The notes: generated by a model from the letters alone, not told the origin. A stretch of DNA of 64,000 bases from [Candidatus Thermochlorobacteriaceae] bacterium GBChlB (GCA_000724175.1 JPGV01000015.1:68523-132522); one strand, 5' to 3'; numbered from the stretch's first letter, positions 1 to 10,800 are shown. Numbers and translations are program-made.

Positions 1-417
1 TAAGACTTGGCGTTTGGTGTCGGAAACCGTCCGCGCCCATTTGCGAGACAGTTTTATCGCGCCTTCAATCGCCTCTGCGCCACTATTCGAGAAAAAGACT
101 TTCGAGAAACCGGTGAGCTCCAAAAGTTTTGACGCCAGCCGAAATTGCGCATCAATCAAAAACAAGTTCGACGAGTGGATAAATTTTTTTGATTGCGATT
201 CAATGGCATTGATGACGCGGGCGTTGCCGTAGCCAAGCGCGTTGACGCCCACGCCAGCAATCAAATCCAAAAACTTGCGCCCATCGCGCGTGTAGAGATA
301 GCAGCCATCGCCGTGTGAAAGTTCAAGCGGCAAACGGGCATAGGTGTGAAAAAAGAGGTCGGCTTCGCGGTCTTTGAGCGAGGCGGAAAGGTCAGGAGCA
401 AGAAGCGCGTCAGTCAT
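1..417 (-). CDS. argD: class-III PLP aminotransferase, acetylornithine aminotransferase-like (N-terminal part only; gene runs off the left edge)
   Basis: Open-ended, so absent from the ORF track. Manual reverse-complement translation from the ATG (complement of 415-417) gives MTDALLAPDLSASLKDREADLFFHTYARLPLELSHGDGCYLYTRDGRKFLDLIAGVGVNALGYGNARVINAIESQSKKF..., a typical ArgD/ornithine-type aminotransferase N-terminus. Confidence 0.7.
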   Translation of the reverse strand, partial: MTDALLAPDLSASLKDREADLFFHTYARLPLELSHGDGCYLYTRDGRKFLDLIAGVGVNALGYGNARVINAIESQSKKFIHSSNLFLIDAQFRLASKLLELTGFSKVFFSNSGAEAIEGAIKLSRKWARTVSDTKRQVL

Positions 418-458
418 TGGTTGATAAAATAAAGTGAATGAAACTGTAAGATGATGAA

Positions 459-1064
459 CTACGATTTTTTGAGCAAAGGTTCAAAGAGTTGATGAAAAAT
501 TTTTGCGGTGTCGCGTTTCAAGTCATCGAGTGTGCCGTTGTTACAAATGACATAGTCGGCGCGTTTGATGAGGTCGTCGTTGCTCAGTTGTGCGGCGATG
601 CGCTGTTCGGCTTCTGCTTCGGAGAGCCCGCGCTCCAATAGGCGCTTGACGCGCACGGCTTTATCGGCAATGACCGCAATTGTTTCATCGACTTGACGCG
701 CGCCGCCTGATTCAAACAAAATGGCTGCCTCTTTCACGAGGGCTGGTTTCCCCGATGCCGCCGCCTGCGCTTTTGCAGCCTCGAACAACGCAAAGACTTT
801 CGGATGAATTAATCGGTTGAGCGCGTCTAATTTTTTCGAGTCGCTAAACACAATCGAGGCGATTTTTTTTCGGTCGGGAACGCCGCTCTGGTAAATCCCG
901 TCGCCAAATAAATTTTTAATTCCGGCAATCACATCAGCATCGGTTTCTTGAAGGCGTTTGGCTTCAAGGTCGGCGTTGAAGACAGCGCAGCCAAGCGAGC
1001 GGAGAATGTCGCAGACGGTCGTTTTCCCGCTCCCGATGCCGCCCGTAACACCGATGAGTTTCAT
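459..1064 (-). CDS. coaE: dephospho-CoA kinase
   Basis: 201-aa ORF with the N-terminal P-loop MKLIGVTGGIGSGKTT. Length and layout are typical of CoaE. The start overlaps the upstream ORF stop by 4 nt. Confidence 0.9.
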   Translation of the reverse strand: MKLIGVTGGIGSGKTTVCDILRSLGCAVFNADLEAKRLQETDADVIAGIKNLFGDGIYQSGVPDRKKIASIVFSDSKKLDALNRLIHPKVFALFEAAKAQAAASGKPALVKEAAILFESGGARQVDETIAVIADKAVRVKRLLERGLSEAEAEQRIAAQLSNDDLIKRADYVICNNGTLDDLKRDTAKIFHQLFEPLLKKS

Positions 1065-1447
1065 TGCAGAGGCGCTTTGGAGTGAATCGGAAGGAGTTGA
1101 AGCCGTTGCCGTTCATCAATCGCGCGCTGTTTGCGTTCCTCCAAAAGTTGAATGGTTCTGGCTTGAATGTCCTGCCAATGTTTTGGACGGCGGCGATACG
1201 ATTCCATTTGTCGCGCAAACGCTTCGGGCGCATAACGGTGCGATGCGAAAATAAGGCTCAGCGTATCGCTTTTGTTGTATCGACGTTTCAGCGAGTCGAC
1301 AAGCATCTCGTAACTGCCTTGCGCGAGCAAGATGTCGGCGTAGACGTCCATAAATTTTTGGTCGTCGGGCGTCAAGGGCTGCTGCGGATTGCACGCAGCA
1401 AGCGCGAGCATGCAGACAAGTAAAATAATTGGCGCAGATGGTCTCAT
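1061..1447 (-). CDS. small lipoprotein of unknown function
   Basis: The track ORF is 1061..1573. The internal ATG at 1447 gives MRPSAPIILLVCMLALAAC with a lipobox (L-A-A-C). The long form would overlap the divergent sodB start. Confidence 0.6.
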   Translation of the reverse strand: MRPSAPIILLVCMLALAACNPQQPLTPDDQKFMDVYADILLAQGSYEMLVDSLKRRYNKSDTLSLIFASHRYAPEAFARQMESYRRRPKHWQDIQARTIQLLEERKQRAIDERQRLQLLPIHSKAPLQ

Positions 1448-1571
1448 CGTCAAGTTGTTGAGGGCGAAATTTACAGTCTTTGCGGAAAGAAACGAAGTCG
1501 CCGCTAAAATGGTTATAAGAACTGCATTACTGTTGTAGTCAATTCTTCTCAATTCAAATCTCATAAAAATC

Positions 1572-2174
1572 ATGCCATTTACACTGCCCGAACTGCCGTA
1601 TCCGAAAGAAGCGCTTGAGCCGCACCTGACCGCAAAGACATTCGAGTTTCATCACGGCAAGCATCACAACGCCTATGTGACCAATCTCAACAATATGATT
1701 CCCGGCACCGAATACGAAACGATGTCGCTCGAGGACATCATTAAGAAAACCGCTGGCGACGCTACAAAAGCAGGATTCTTCAACAATGCCGCACAAATTT
1801 GGAACCACACCTTTTATTGGAACTGCATGACGCCCAACGGCGGCGGCGAACCGACAGGCAAGCTCATGGACAAAATTAACGAAGACTTCGGCGACTTCGG
1901 CAAGTTCAAAGACGCCTTCAAGCAAGCGGGCGTTACGCAATTTGGGTCTGGCTGGGCGTGGCTTGTTGCAGAAAATGGCAAGCTAAAAGTAACTAAAACG
2001 CTCAACGCGGATTTGCCTATGGTGCATGGACAAACGCCGCTGCTCACCATGGACGTGTGGGAACATGCCTACTACATTGATTTCCAAAATCGCCGTCCCG
2101 ATTATGCACAAACGTTCATTGATAAACTCATCAATTGGGAGTTTGTAAGCAAAAACTTCGAGGCGGCAATGTAA
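1572..2174 (+). CDS. sodB: iron superoxide dismutase
   Basis: 200 aa. Starts MPFTLPELPYPKEALEPHL..FHHGKHH and contains FNNAAQIWNHTFYW (Fe-type Gln position) and DVWEHAYY. Confidence 0.93.
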   Translation: MPFTLPELPYPKEALEPHLTAKTFEFHHGKHHNAYVTNLNNMIPGTEYETMSLEDIIKKTAGDATKAGFFNNAAQIWNHTFYWNCMTPNGGGEPTGKLMDKINEDFGDFGKFKDAFKQAGVTQFGSGWAWLVAENGKLKVTKTLNADLPMVHGQTPLLTMDVWEHAYYIDFQNRRPDYAQTFIDKLINWEFVSKNFEAAM

Positions 2175-2200
2175 ATAAAGCCGTTAGGTAAATTTGCGAC

Positions 2201-2228
2201 AAAGGCGTTCCAAACAGAACGCCTTTTT
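2201..2228. terminator. bidirectional intrinsic terminator hairpin between the convergent sodB and lipoprotein genes
   Basis: AAAGGCGTTC-caaaca-GAACGCCTTT followed by TT. A-run and T-run flank it, so it can act on both strands. Confidence 0.7.
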
Positions 2229-2238
2229 GATGTCAAGA

Positions 2239-3081
2239 CTACTTCATTAAAAATTCAATGTCTTCAAGGCGTCGGCGTTTTGCGGAGCGCGGTAAGCGAA
2301 AGTCAATCGAGAAATCGGGCGCATTGACGCGCCGAGCCTCGTAAGCAATAGTAACATTTCGGGCGATGCCGAGCGAATCGCGGCGATAATCATAAACGGT
2401 AACGCTGATGAGTTTCGGCAGAAAAATAACAGTGGAGTCTGTTGAAATCTTCTCGGCGTCCTGTAAGTCGGCTTTGACGAGCAGCCGTCCGTCGTCGTAA
2501 ATCCTTACTTGTTCAACCCGCGCCGTCGCTGAATCAATATCGACGAGTTCAACGCGGCTATCCGATGCTAAGCGATATGAAACCTTGCCGTTGTCTGCTT
2601 GAACGGATTGGAGCGAGTCGATGGGAAGCGTCGGCGCAGGCGCACCCAAGAACGCATCGACAAGTTGAGAGAACTCGGCGGAAACGCCCGTGGCGCGGCG
2701 CAAGTTGTCGGGGCTGTTTTTACCGACGAGCAGTTCGCCCTGAAAAATGTTATTGACGAAAATACTATCGGAACGAAACAGCGCATCGAAGACGGTGATG
2801 CCGAAAAACACCGAGCCGATGAGTTGAACCGCGTCGTTGCGTCTGGCGCGAATCTGACAGGAAATACTCTGCGAAATTTCTGGAGATGTCAGTCGGAAGT
2901 CGGCGATGCCCTCAACGCTCGAGACGCGCTTCACGTTTGAGATGGCGTTTAGGTAAAGCGCCCGCCGTGAAGAATCAAGTGCGACAAGGGTTTTCGGGCG
3001 TTCTGTTTCGACAATCGAGCGCGCCGTGCCGCAACCGAACAGCGAAAGCGTCAGAAAAAGAAGCGGCAGGGAAGATTTCAT
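2239..3081 (-). CDS. outer-membrane lipoprotein, LolB-like / DUF4292 family
   Basis: 280 aa. Signal plus lipobox MKSSLPLLFLTLSLFGCG. Size and beta-rich pattern resemble the DUF4292 proteins of FCB bacteria. The family call is from memory, not from a search. Confidence 0.55.
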   Translation of the reverse strand: MKSSLPLLFLTLSLFGCGTARSIVETERPKTLVALDSSRRALYLNAISNVKRVSSVEGIADFRLTSPEISQSISCQIRARRNDAVQLIGSVFFGITVFDALFRSDSIFVNNIFQGELLVGKNSPDNLRRATGVSAEFSQLVDAFLGAPAPTLPIDSLQSVQADNGKVSYRLASDSRVELVDIDSATARVEQVRIYDDGRLLVKADLQDAEKISTDSTVIFLPKLISVTVYDYRRDSLGIARNVTIAYEARRVNAPDFSIDFRLPRSAKRRRLEDIEFLMK

Positions 3082-3096
3082 GGCGTTGTTCGTGCG

Positions 3097-3417
3097 TTAT
3101 TTTTCAATGGAACAAGTGAAATCAGCGTCGGGCGAAAATTGGCAGGCAAGCCGTTCATCGGGCTCGAGCAGTTGTCGCTCACGAAAGTCTTTTTCGGCGC
3201 GCGTGAGTCTCGGCAGTTTGTCGCCGCCCGCAAGCACTTTAACGCGGCAGGTGGTGCAAAGTCCCAAGCCGCCGCACGCGCCGCCGATTTTCAGGTGCTG
3301 CTCAATGGCAAGGTCTTGAAGGCTTCGTTCCGTGCCCTGCGGCACAGCGAGTGTGAGGTCTTGCTCCGAGCCATCGCCGTGCCGAATGATGATGTGGATA
3401 TGCGGCATAGGCGTCAA
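3097..3417 (-). CDS. 2Fe-2S ferredoxin
   Basis: 106 aa. Cys pattern C-x5-C-x2-C ... C (GGACGGLGLCTTCRV ... ERLACQ). The start overlaps the upstream gene stop by 4 nt. Confidence 0.8.
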   Translation of the reverse strand: MTPMPHIHIIIRHGDGSEQDLTLAVPQGTERSLQDLAIEQHLKIGGACGGLGLCTTCRVKVLAGGDKLPRLTRAEKDFRERQLLEPDERLACQFSPDADFTCSIEK

Positions 3418-3953
3418 GGCGTTCCGTTCTGTTGTGCCGCAAGCGCATTAACACTTTTTTGCACGAATACTCTGGCGATTTCTTCCATTCTGCCTTGCAT
3501 CTGACTCGACATAAAGCCCTGTCCCATAAACAGTCCAAGTGGGTGCAGCTCTGTGCCAGAGGCGCGTTTGAGCCGAATATGCAAATTCATCGTCAGGTAA
3601 GTATGCGAGGCGCTTTCGGGTGCGTCTTCGAAGGTCATGCTGCACGCCATCCAATTGTGGGCATTGCCATCGGGCGTGTGGTGTGTAACAACGGTGCCGT
3701 TTCGCCGATACTCGGTCGGAATGACAATGTGCAGCGTCGGCGCCAGCGGCATATCAATATCGTATTGCCATTCGTAGAGCGCTGCGCCATCGCTACTTGC
3801 TCCGACATATTCTACTTTGCGAACCGATGGCATATAGGCTTCGAATGTTTTGGGTTGCGAGAGAAACTGCATCAGCGCGTCTTTCGGAATAGGAACATCA
3901 TAGACGTGCGTGATGGCGGCGTCTATTGAGAAAGAATTGTCGTTCATTGGCAT
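3414..3953 (-). CDS. hypothetical protein (possibly SRPBCC-like), co-operonic with the ferredoxin
   Basis: The track ORF reaches 3971 (TTG). The first ATG is at 3953 and a second at 3947. No signal peptide. Family not recognised with certainty. Confidence 0.5.
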   Translation of the reverse strand: MPMNDNSFSIDAAITHVYDVPIPKDALMQFLSQPKTFEAYMPSVRKVEYVGASSDGAALYEWQYDIDMPLAPTLHIVIPTEYRRNGTVVTHHTPDGNAHNWMACSMTFEDAPESASHTYLTMNLHIRLKRASGTELHPLGLFMGQGFMSSQMQGRMEEIARVFVQKSVNALAAQQNGTP

Positions 3954-4058
3954 GATTGAAAATTTTAACAAATGAACTGCACTGGGATAAAGTTAAAACA
4001 TCACCGTCAAATTTTGGAAAGCGTTGTTGCAGCGCGTAATTTCCGACACAACACATAT

Positions 4059-4132
4059 GCGCCCGTAGCTCAACTGGATAGAGTATTGGTCTCCGAAGCC
4101 AAAGGTTACAGGTTCGAATCCCGTCGGGCGCA
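4059..4132 (+). tRNA. tRNA-Arg (anticodon CCG)
   Basis: Hand-folded cloverleaf: acceptor GCGCCCG/CGGGCGC, D-arm GCTC-AACTGGATA-GAGT, anticodon arm TTGGT-CTCCGAA-GCCAA, T-arm ACAGG-TTCGAAT-CCCGT (one A.C mismatch), discriminator A. No encoded CCA. Confidence 0.85.
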
Positions 4133-4147
4133 CACCCTCCCTAAATT

Positions 4148-4176
4148 TGCTCAAAAACAGGACTTTTGAGCATTTT
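4148..4176 (+). terminator. intrinsic terminator after tRNA-Arg
   Basis: TGCTCAAAA-acaggac-TTTTGAGCA followed by TTTT. Confidence 0.6.
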
Positions 4177-4278
4177 CACAGTTAAATCGTGCCACGTTTG
4201 TGCCAAAATTTGCAGGGGAAAAACCTGCTCAAATGCAACACTCCACCTATGCAATGCGCGCCGCGCAATCCCATCGCG

Positions 4279-4320
4279 AAAAAAAACGCCTTCCTCAACA
4301 CAAGCGCGAGAAAGGCGTCT
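4279..4320 (-). terminator. intrinsic terminator after the phytase-like lipoprotein gene
   Basis: On the minus strand: GACGCCTT, a roughly 19-nt loop, AAGGCGT, then T8. Confidence 0.55.
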
Positions 4321-4342
4321 TTAAGTTCTATGGCTGTTGTGC

Positions 4343-5539
4343 TTATGGCAAGACTTCAAAGGCGATGAACTGTGTAACCTGCGAAGTGCTATAATTATCG
4401 TCCGAGACCACAACCATTGTGAGATTGCCGTTGGGCAAACGCGGTCCAAAGCACATCCCTTCAATGTTGTCGATGCGTCGTCCTTGTAAATTTGAGGCAA
4501 TGGTGGCAAAGTCAAGGATGAGCCGCTTGCGCATGACGGAAATAGACGCGGGATTAATGTTGTTGATAGCCGAGACATCTGAGGCGCCGTTCAGGCTGGC
4601 TTCATAAATGCGGATATTGTAATCGGGTGTGCCGCCGACGGCAAATGAGCGCTCCATCACAAGCATGGTGGTATCCGTAACGGGCAAGATTTCCACAACG
4701 CCATGCACGAAAAATGAGCCCGGAGGGTTAGGGACGGGAACAAGCCTGTCCATAGAATAAGCAAATTCACCCGTCGACTGCCCTGTGGATTTATTGAAGC
4801 GAATCATGCGGATAATGCCATTGTTGGTTGCTGTTGAGCGGTCGCCATCGTTGAAGAGAGGCTCTTCCATTGCTGCCCAAACAGCCTGCCCGTTGGCACT
4901 TAGGCGCACGCTCTCGAACACGCCGTTGTTACGCGGTCCGACGGGAGGGTTAGACAGCGTGTCCATATTGTAACGTGAGGGAAGCGTAAAGTTGCGAATG
5001 AAGGTGCCGTCGCGGCGAATTTGATGAATGAACGGATTAGCAATAATGCGTCCGTTAATTGGGTTGGCGCCGCCGCCCGGTGCAGGACGGTAGCCCTCGC
5101 TAGACCAATAGAGGGTGTTATCAGACCGATCAACGCAGAGTCCTTCGGGGTCGACGGCGTTAGCACTGGGACGGCGTGGGTAGTCGCTGCCTGTTTGGTT
5201 CTTGATGGTGGTAACGCCGGTCAAGGTAACAGGCGAGAAAGCGGTGGGTGTAATCGTCAGCGAGGCAGCGTAGAAGCGAACGGCGTTTGAATCGGCGGCG
5301 TCATCGCACATCAGAAACCAAGTGCTGCCATCGTAATCAATGCCGGACAGCCCGCCGACAGAGGTGTTTTGAAATTTGGTATTGAATGCAATGCGCTGTT
5401 CGCCAATGAAGCGCAAGGAGCCGACGCGTGTTGGAGGCTCATCGGTGGTCGGAGATGATGTGTTTGATGAACATCCGACGATACCCATAAAAGAGAGCAG
5501 GGCTGCGCAGAGTGAAAGAGCGTGAGTTTTCATAGTCAT
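4343..5539 (-). CDS. secreted lipoprotein of the esterase-like-activity-of-phytase family
   Basis: 398 aa. Lipobox MGIVGCSS. SLRFIGEQRI...VGGLSGIDYDGSTWFLMCDD and a C-terminal ...DNIEGMCFGP...VVSDDN are characteristic of the phytase-like esterase domain (family recalled, not searched). Confidence 0.7.
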   Translation of the reverse strand: MTMKTHALSLCAALLSFMGIVGCSSNTSSPTTDEPPTRVGSLRFIGEQRIAFNTKFQNTSVGGLSGIDYDGSTWFLMCDDAADSNAVRFYAASLTITPTAFSPVTLTGVTTIKNQTGSDYPRRPSANAVDPEGLCVDRSDNTLYWSSEGYRPAPGGGANPINGRIIANPFIHQIRRDGTFIRNFTLPSRYNMDTLSNPPVGPRNNGVFESVRLSANGQAVWAAMEEPLFNDGDRSTATNNGIIRMIRFNKSTGQSTGEFAYSMDRLVPVPNPPGSFFVHGVVEILPVTDTTMLVMERSFAVGGTPDYNIRIYEASLNGASDVSAINNINPASISVMRKRLILDFATIASNLQGRRIDNIEGMCFGPRLPNGNLTMVVVSDDNYSTSQVTQFIAFEVLP

Positions 5540-5640
5540 AGGTCGAGTTGGTAGTTGTTTTTGGAAAACAAAAGTAACGCGTGCGCATTAGCTTAGTGTT
5601 AGCGCAGCATTAAAAAACTATTTTGTTTCCATGGCGGGCA

Positions 5641-7593
5641 TTAGAACTTCCAGCGCACGAAGGCTTCGATTGCCTCGTATTCGGCGAGACCGAGTTTGTC
5701 GTAGAGCTTCGCGGTGTGTCGGTTGCGGTCTTCGGAGCGTTGCCAGAACTCGCGGCTGTCGCTGCCCGGAAATCGTGCGCTGTCTTTCTGCGATTGATGC
5801 TTGAAAATAGCGCGGCGTTTCCGCAGGAGTTCATCGGGACTGAGCGGCACAGCCATCTCGATTTCGGCTAATCCCCATTCTTGCCACGCGCCACGGTAGA
5901 GCCACACATAGCAATCGCGCATCCATTCATGATGCTTGATGCGCTCAATGGCTTTGAACAAGGCGTCCAAGCAAACGCGGTGGGTACCGTGCGGGTCGGA
6001 AAGGTCTCCCGCCGCGTAGATTTGATGTGGCTGAATGCGCTCCAAGAGGTCAATCATAATTTGAATATCGGCTTCGCCGAGCGGCTTTTTTTTGACGCGA
6101 CCGGTTTGGTAGAACGGCAAATCCAAGAAATACGCCCGCGATTCGGGAATGCCGCAATAGCGACAGGCGGCTTTTGCCTCGCCGCGCCGAATGAGGTCTT
6201 TGATTTTTTGCACCGCGTCGGTGTCGACATCGGCGGGCTTTTTTTGGCGAAGCGAATCAGTAACGTCTTGATAGATTTTTTTCGAGGCGGCGCTGCCTTC
6301 TAAGCCAAAGAGTTCGTTGAAGTCGCGCACGAAATCGGCGAAGCGAATGGCATCTTCATCGAAGACGGCAATGTTGCCCGAGGTTTGATACGCCACATGA
6401 ACCTCGTGTCCTTGGTCGACCAAGCGAATGAGCGTGCCGCCCATAGAAATCACGTCGTCGTCGGGGTGCGGGCTGAAAATCAACACGCGTTTTGGAAACG
6501 GCTTGGCGCGCTCTGGGCGGTGAGTGTCGTCGGCGTTTGGCTTTCCGCCGGGCCAGCCCGTAATCGTGTGCTGCATTTTGTTGAACACGTCGATATTGAC
6601 GGTATAAGCATTTCCGCGCTGTATGAGCAAATCGCCCATACCGTGTTCGCGGTAGTCCTCGTCGGTGAGTTTCAAAAAGGGTTTGTGGAGTGTTTGTGAG
6701 AGCCAGACCACAGCCGCGCGCGTAAGTGTCTCCGTCCACTCCACATCGCCTAAGAGCCAAGGTGTTTTAATGCGCGTCAGTTCTGCTCCCGATGCATCAT
6801 CGAGAATGATGGACGCATTCGGATGCTCTTGCAAGAACGACGCCGTAACGCTCTCGGAAATTGGTCCCTCGACGGCTTTTTGGACAATCGTGGCTTTGCC
6901 TTCACCCCACGCCATTAAAATAATTCGTTTGGCTTGTAGAATCGTGCCGACGCCCATCGTAATGGCTTTGCTCGGCACATTTTCTTCGCCGAAGAAATCG
7001 CTGGCGGCGTCTAATTTCGTTACGCGGTCGAGCGTAATAAGCCGTGTGCGCGAATCCTTCTTCGAGCCGGGTTCATTAAAGCCGATATGCCCAGTTCGCC
7101 CAATGCCAAGAATTTGCAAATCAATGCCGCCAAACGATTGAATTTTGCCTTCATACATCATGCAGAAATCGGCGACCTTATCGCGCGCAACCGTGCCATC
7201 AGGAATGTGAATGTTCTCCGGCAGAATATCGACATGGTCGAAGAGATATTCGCGCATAAAACGCACATAGCTTTGCAGCGAATCGGGCTGCATCGGGTAG
7301 TATTCATCGAGGTTGAACGTAACGACGTTCTTAAACGACAAGCCTTCTTCGCGGTGCAGGCGAACAAGCTCATCATAGACGCTGGTCGGCGTTGAGCCGG
7401 TGGCGAGTCCCAAGACCGTCGGTTTGCCCGATGCAGCTTTTTGTCGAATCAGGTCGGCGATGTCATTGGCGACGGCGCGCGAGGCTGCTTTGGAGTCGGG
7501 ATAAATCACCGTGAAAATTTTTTCAAGGCGACGTTGCTCTTTGGTCGCGCTAAAAAGCGCAGGCGATGAATTAGAAATCGAGTGAACGGTCAT
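5641..7593 (-). CDS. nagB: glucosamine-6-phosphate deaminase fused to an LmbE/PIG-L-type deacetylase domain (long NagB form)
   Basis: N-terminal half has NagB motifs (LGLATGSTP, FNLDEYY, GIGRTGHIGFNEPGS). C-terminal half has LIFSPHPDDDVISMGGTL and HRV (LmbE zinc-site pattern). The track start at 7650 is TTG; the first ATG is at 7593. Confidence 0.85.
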   Translation of the reverse strand: MTVHSISNSSPALFSATKEQRRLEKIFTVIYPDSKAASRAVANDIADLIRQKAASGKPTVLGLATGSTPTSVYDELVRLHREEGLSFKNVVTFNLDEYYPMQPDSLQSYVRFMREYLFDHVDILPENIHIPDGTVARDKVADFCMMYEGKIQSFGGIDLQILGIGRTGHIGFNEPGSKKDSRTRLITLDRVTKLDAASDFFGEENVPSKAITMGVGTILQAKRIILMAWGEGKATIVQKAVEGPISESVTASFLQEHPNASIILDDASGAELTRIKTPWLLGDVEWTETLTRAAVVWLSQTLHKPFLKLTDEDYREHGMGDLLIQRGNAYTVNIDVFNKMQHTITGWPGGKPNADDTHRPERAKPFPKRVLIFSPHPDDDVISMGGTLIRLVDQGHEVHVAYQTSGNIAVFDEDAIRFADFVRDFNELFGLEGSAASKKIYQDVTDSLRQKKPADVDTDAVQKIKDLIRRGEAKAACRYCGIPESRAYFLDLPFYQTGRVKKKPLGEADIQIMIDLLERIQPHQIYAAGDLSDPHGTHRVCLDALFKAIERIKHHEWMRDCYVWLYRGAWQEWGLAEIEMAVPLSPDELLRKRRAIFKHQSQKDSARFPGSDSREFWQRSEDRNRHTAKLYDKLGLAEYEAIEAFVRWKF

Positions 7594-7861
7594 AGTTGAA
7601 AGCAGTGAAGTTATCGAGTCGCGTGAAATTCGTTTTTTGCAAGTTTCCAAAGAATGATGAGTTTTTCAAATTTGTATTATCTTAAAATCAACAACAATGC
7701 ACGAAGGAATACTGCCTGCCGAATCTTAAACGATGACCGCCGAGAAGATGCCGATGCCGCCCCATTGTTACCTTCCTTGCACGTTCTTTTATCGACAATC
7801 AACACGTGAACATTTTTCAAGACTATTCATTTTCGACAATTGAGAACAAGAGAACAAATCT

Positions 7862-10800
7862 ATGACTCAGCGTTTATCTCTTTGGCGGAGCAACTGCTCC
7901 GCAACGGCGAGAAATGCCGCGCGTCGACGCCTTTGGCTCTTGGCGTTGCTTCTCGCGCTGCCGACCGTATCGGTTGCGCAGCAACTTCGATATAGCATTA
8001 GCGGCAAAGTCCTCGAAAGCGCAACAAAGCAACCCGTCGTCGGCGCAACTGTGCGCGTTGAAAATACAGTGTTGGGCGTGCCAACCGACCGCGACGGGAA
8101 CTTCGCATTGCTCGTGTCGCTTCAGCCCGGCAGCTACACCATCAGCGTCAGTTATATTGGCTTCAAGCGCAAAGCCGTAAAATTTACACTTGGCGATAAC
8201 AATCAAGTGCAGCTTGGTGATGTGCTGCTCGACGAAGATGTAACGCGCGCCGAAGAAGTGGTGGTAACGGGCACTTCCGTCTTAACAAGCAAAAAAGAAA
8301 TTGGAAACGCCATTACGACGCTCAATGCGTCCGACATTGACAAGAGCGCGGCGACGAGCATCGATCAAGCCTTGCAAGGAAAAGTAGCTGGCGCGCTCAT
8401 CAATCAAAACTCTGGCAATCCGGGTGGCAGCATTTCCATTCAGTTGCGCGGTGTCAATACCGTCTTCGGAAGCGCAGAGCCACTCTACATTGTCGACGGC
8501 GTTATTATCAACAACGCGCGTCCCGTGCTGCTCAACTTAGGTGGATATGCGCAAAATCGGTTGGTGGATTTAAATCCAAACGACATTGAGCGCATTGAGG
8601 TTGTCAAAGGTGCAGCGGCGGCGGCGATTTATGGCAGCCGCGCCAACAACGGCGTCGTGCAGATTTTCACCAAACGCGGCGCGTTGGGCGAACCGCGCAT
8701 TGAGTTCGGCACGCGCGTTAATTTCGACAATGTCCGAAAAACCTTGGAGGTCAATACCTATCCGTTTCTCGATCCGGTCGGAACGCCGAACCAACGACCA
8801 ACGCAGCGATTCAATTTCCAAGATTTTATTTTCAGACAAGCCGTTGGCACTGAAACCTATTTGTCGGTGTCGGGCGGCGGCGGCTCGACGCAGTATTTTC
8901 TTTCGGCGTCGTATCTGGGCAATCAAGGCATCATCAAAAGTTCGGCATTTCAACGCGGCACGATTCGCGCCAACCTTGACCAAACCATCAACAACTGGGC
9001 GAGGCTCTCGTTCAGCGCGAGCTACAGTTTGAGCAACAGCGCAGATATTCTCAACAACGGCGCGTCGGGCAGCGACGGCATGTTGCTGGCACTCACGTTC
9101 AACAACAATAACATCGACCCACGTCCCGACCCTGTAACGGGCATCTATCCGCGATTGGCAACTACCGCAAATCCGGTTGAAATTGCTGACCGATTTGTGT
9201 TCGGGCAAGTAACAAATCGCATTGCCGGAAGTCTGCGGCTGGATGTCTCGCCGTTTGAGGGGTTCGGTGCAGACATTACTGCTGGTTTTGATACTTACAC
9301 CCAAACGGGAACTGGCTTTATGCCGCCGGGCAACACATCGGGCGGCGCGCCAGACGGTTTTTCGCGAAGAGCCACGCGCGATTTTCGGCAATTCAACCTC
9401 GATGCTAACGCACGGTATCAAGCCGACTTACAGCCTTGGTTGAAATCTACAACGGTAGTGGGCGGAACGCTGCAATACGAGCGCATCGATCAACTTGCCG
9501 CTCAAACAACGGTGCTGGCGCCGCTTGTTCAAACCGTTGGCGCAGGCATCAACGCGCCGCCGGGCGAACTGCGCGACGTGCCGCTCACGCTCTACGGCGG
9601 ATTTTTACAACAAACCTTTGGCGCATTTGACAAGTATTTCCTCACGCTTGGCGGCAGAGTCGATGCGTCGTCAGGATTCGGCCTCTCCAATCGATGGCAG
9701 TTCTATCCGAGAGCCAGCCTGTCTTATAGCCTCTCCGATGAATCGTTCTGGAAAGAGTCTGGCATCGCGCAAATCATCAATAGCGTGAAACTGCGGGCGG
9801 CATTTGGCAATTCAGGCGGCATCACCGCCATCGGGTCATTCGACCGCTTGACGCTTTTTAGTGCGGTCAACTACGGCGGCAGGCCCGGACTTGTGCCAAG
9901 CACGAGGCTCGGCACACCTGATATTCAGCCCGAGCGCCAACGCGAAATTGAGGTCGGCGCAGATATGAGTTTCCTCAACGACCGCATCGGCTTGGAAATC
10001 ACCTATTACGATAAAGTCAATACAGGCTTGCTGATTGCCCGAAATCTGGCGCCATCAACTGGCTTCAGTACGCGGCTCGACAATGTGGCGACGGTAACAA
10101 ATCGAGGCATTGAACTCTTGCTGCGCGCCGTGCCGGTTCAAACCGACAATGTGCGCTGGGAAACGATTGTGAATTTTTCCAGCAATCGCAATGTCGCCAG
10201 CAACGTCGTCGGCGGAACGGTGCCGCTCGGCATCTTTAACTGGTCGGTCGCGCAGGAAGGGCAGCCGCTCGGCATCTTTTTCCAAAATGCGTTTCAACGT
10301 GACGCCAACGGCAACATTGTGCGTAGCACTGGCGGACCGGGCGGCGCGGGCGTGCCGCTTCGTCTGCTCGAACCCAATGGCGCAAATGCCTTTCGCATCA
10401 TCGGCGACCCGAACCCATCATGGACGGCGTCGTGGATTAACCAAGTTCAAGTGGTTCGCAACCTGACTTTCCGTCTGCAAATCGATGTGCTGCGAAACGC
10501 AACCGTCGTCAACTTCACGCAGCGTAATCTAAACGGACTTGGCGGCGGCGGCGCTGGCGCAGGGCGCGTGCTTGCAGGAGAACTGCCGCGGGGCTTCTAC
10601 CGCAATCCAGCACCGACGCCAGACAATCCGGGCGTCTTTTTCATCGCCGAAAATTGGATGGAAGACGGCTCTTACGTCAAAATCCGCGAGGCGTCAATTT
10701 CTTATGCGTTTAATGACTTGTTCGGAATCCGCAGCGGTTCTATCAGCGTGATTGGTCGAAACCTGTTTTCGTTCGATAACTACAGTGGCTTCGACCCTGA

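Noticed and set aside
4200-4394. 64-aa ORF next to tRNA-Arg, checked as a possible integrase remnant or small gene
   Set aside because: It has a GTG start, spans the terminator hairpin of the phytase-like gene and overlaps that gene's 3' end. It has no similarity to recombinases.
8570-9421. 283-aa minus-strand ORF, plus several 60-150-aa ORFs within 7874-10751
   Set aside because: All lie inside the SusC-type receptor gene, on the opposite strand or out of frame. The products are Arg-rich, low-complexity translations.
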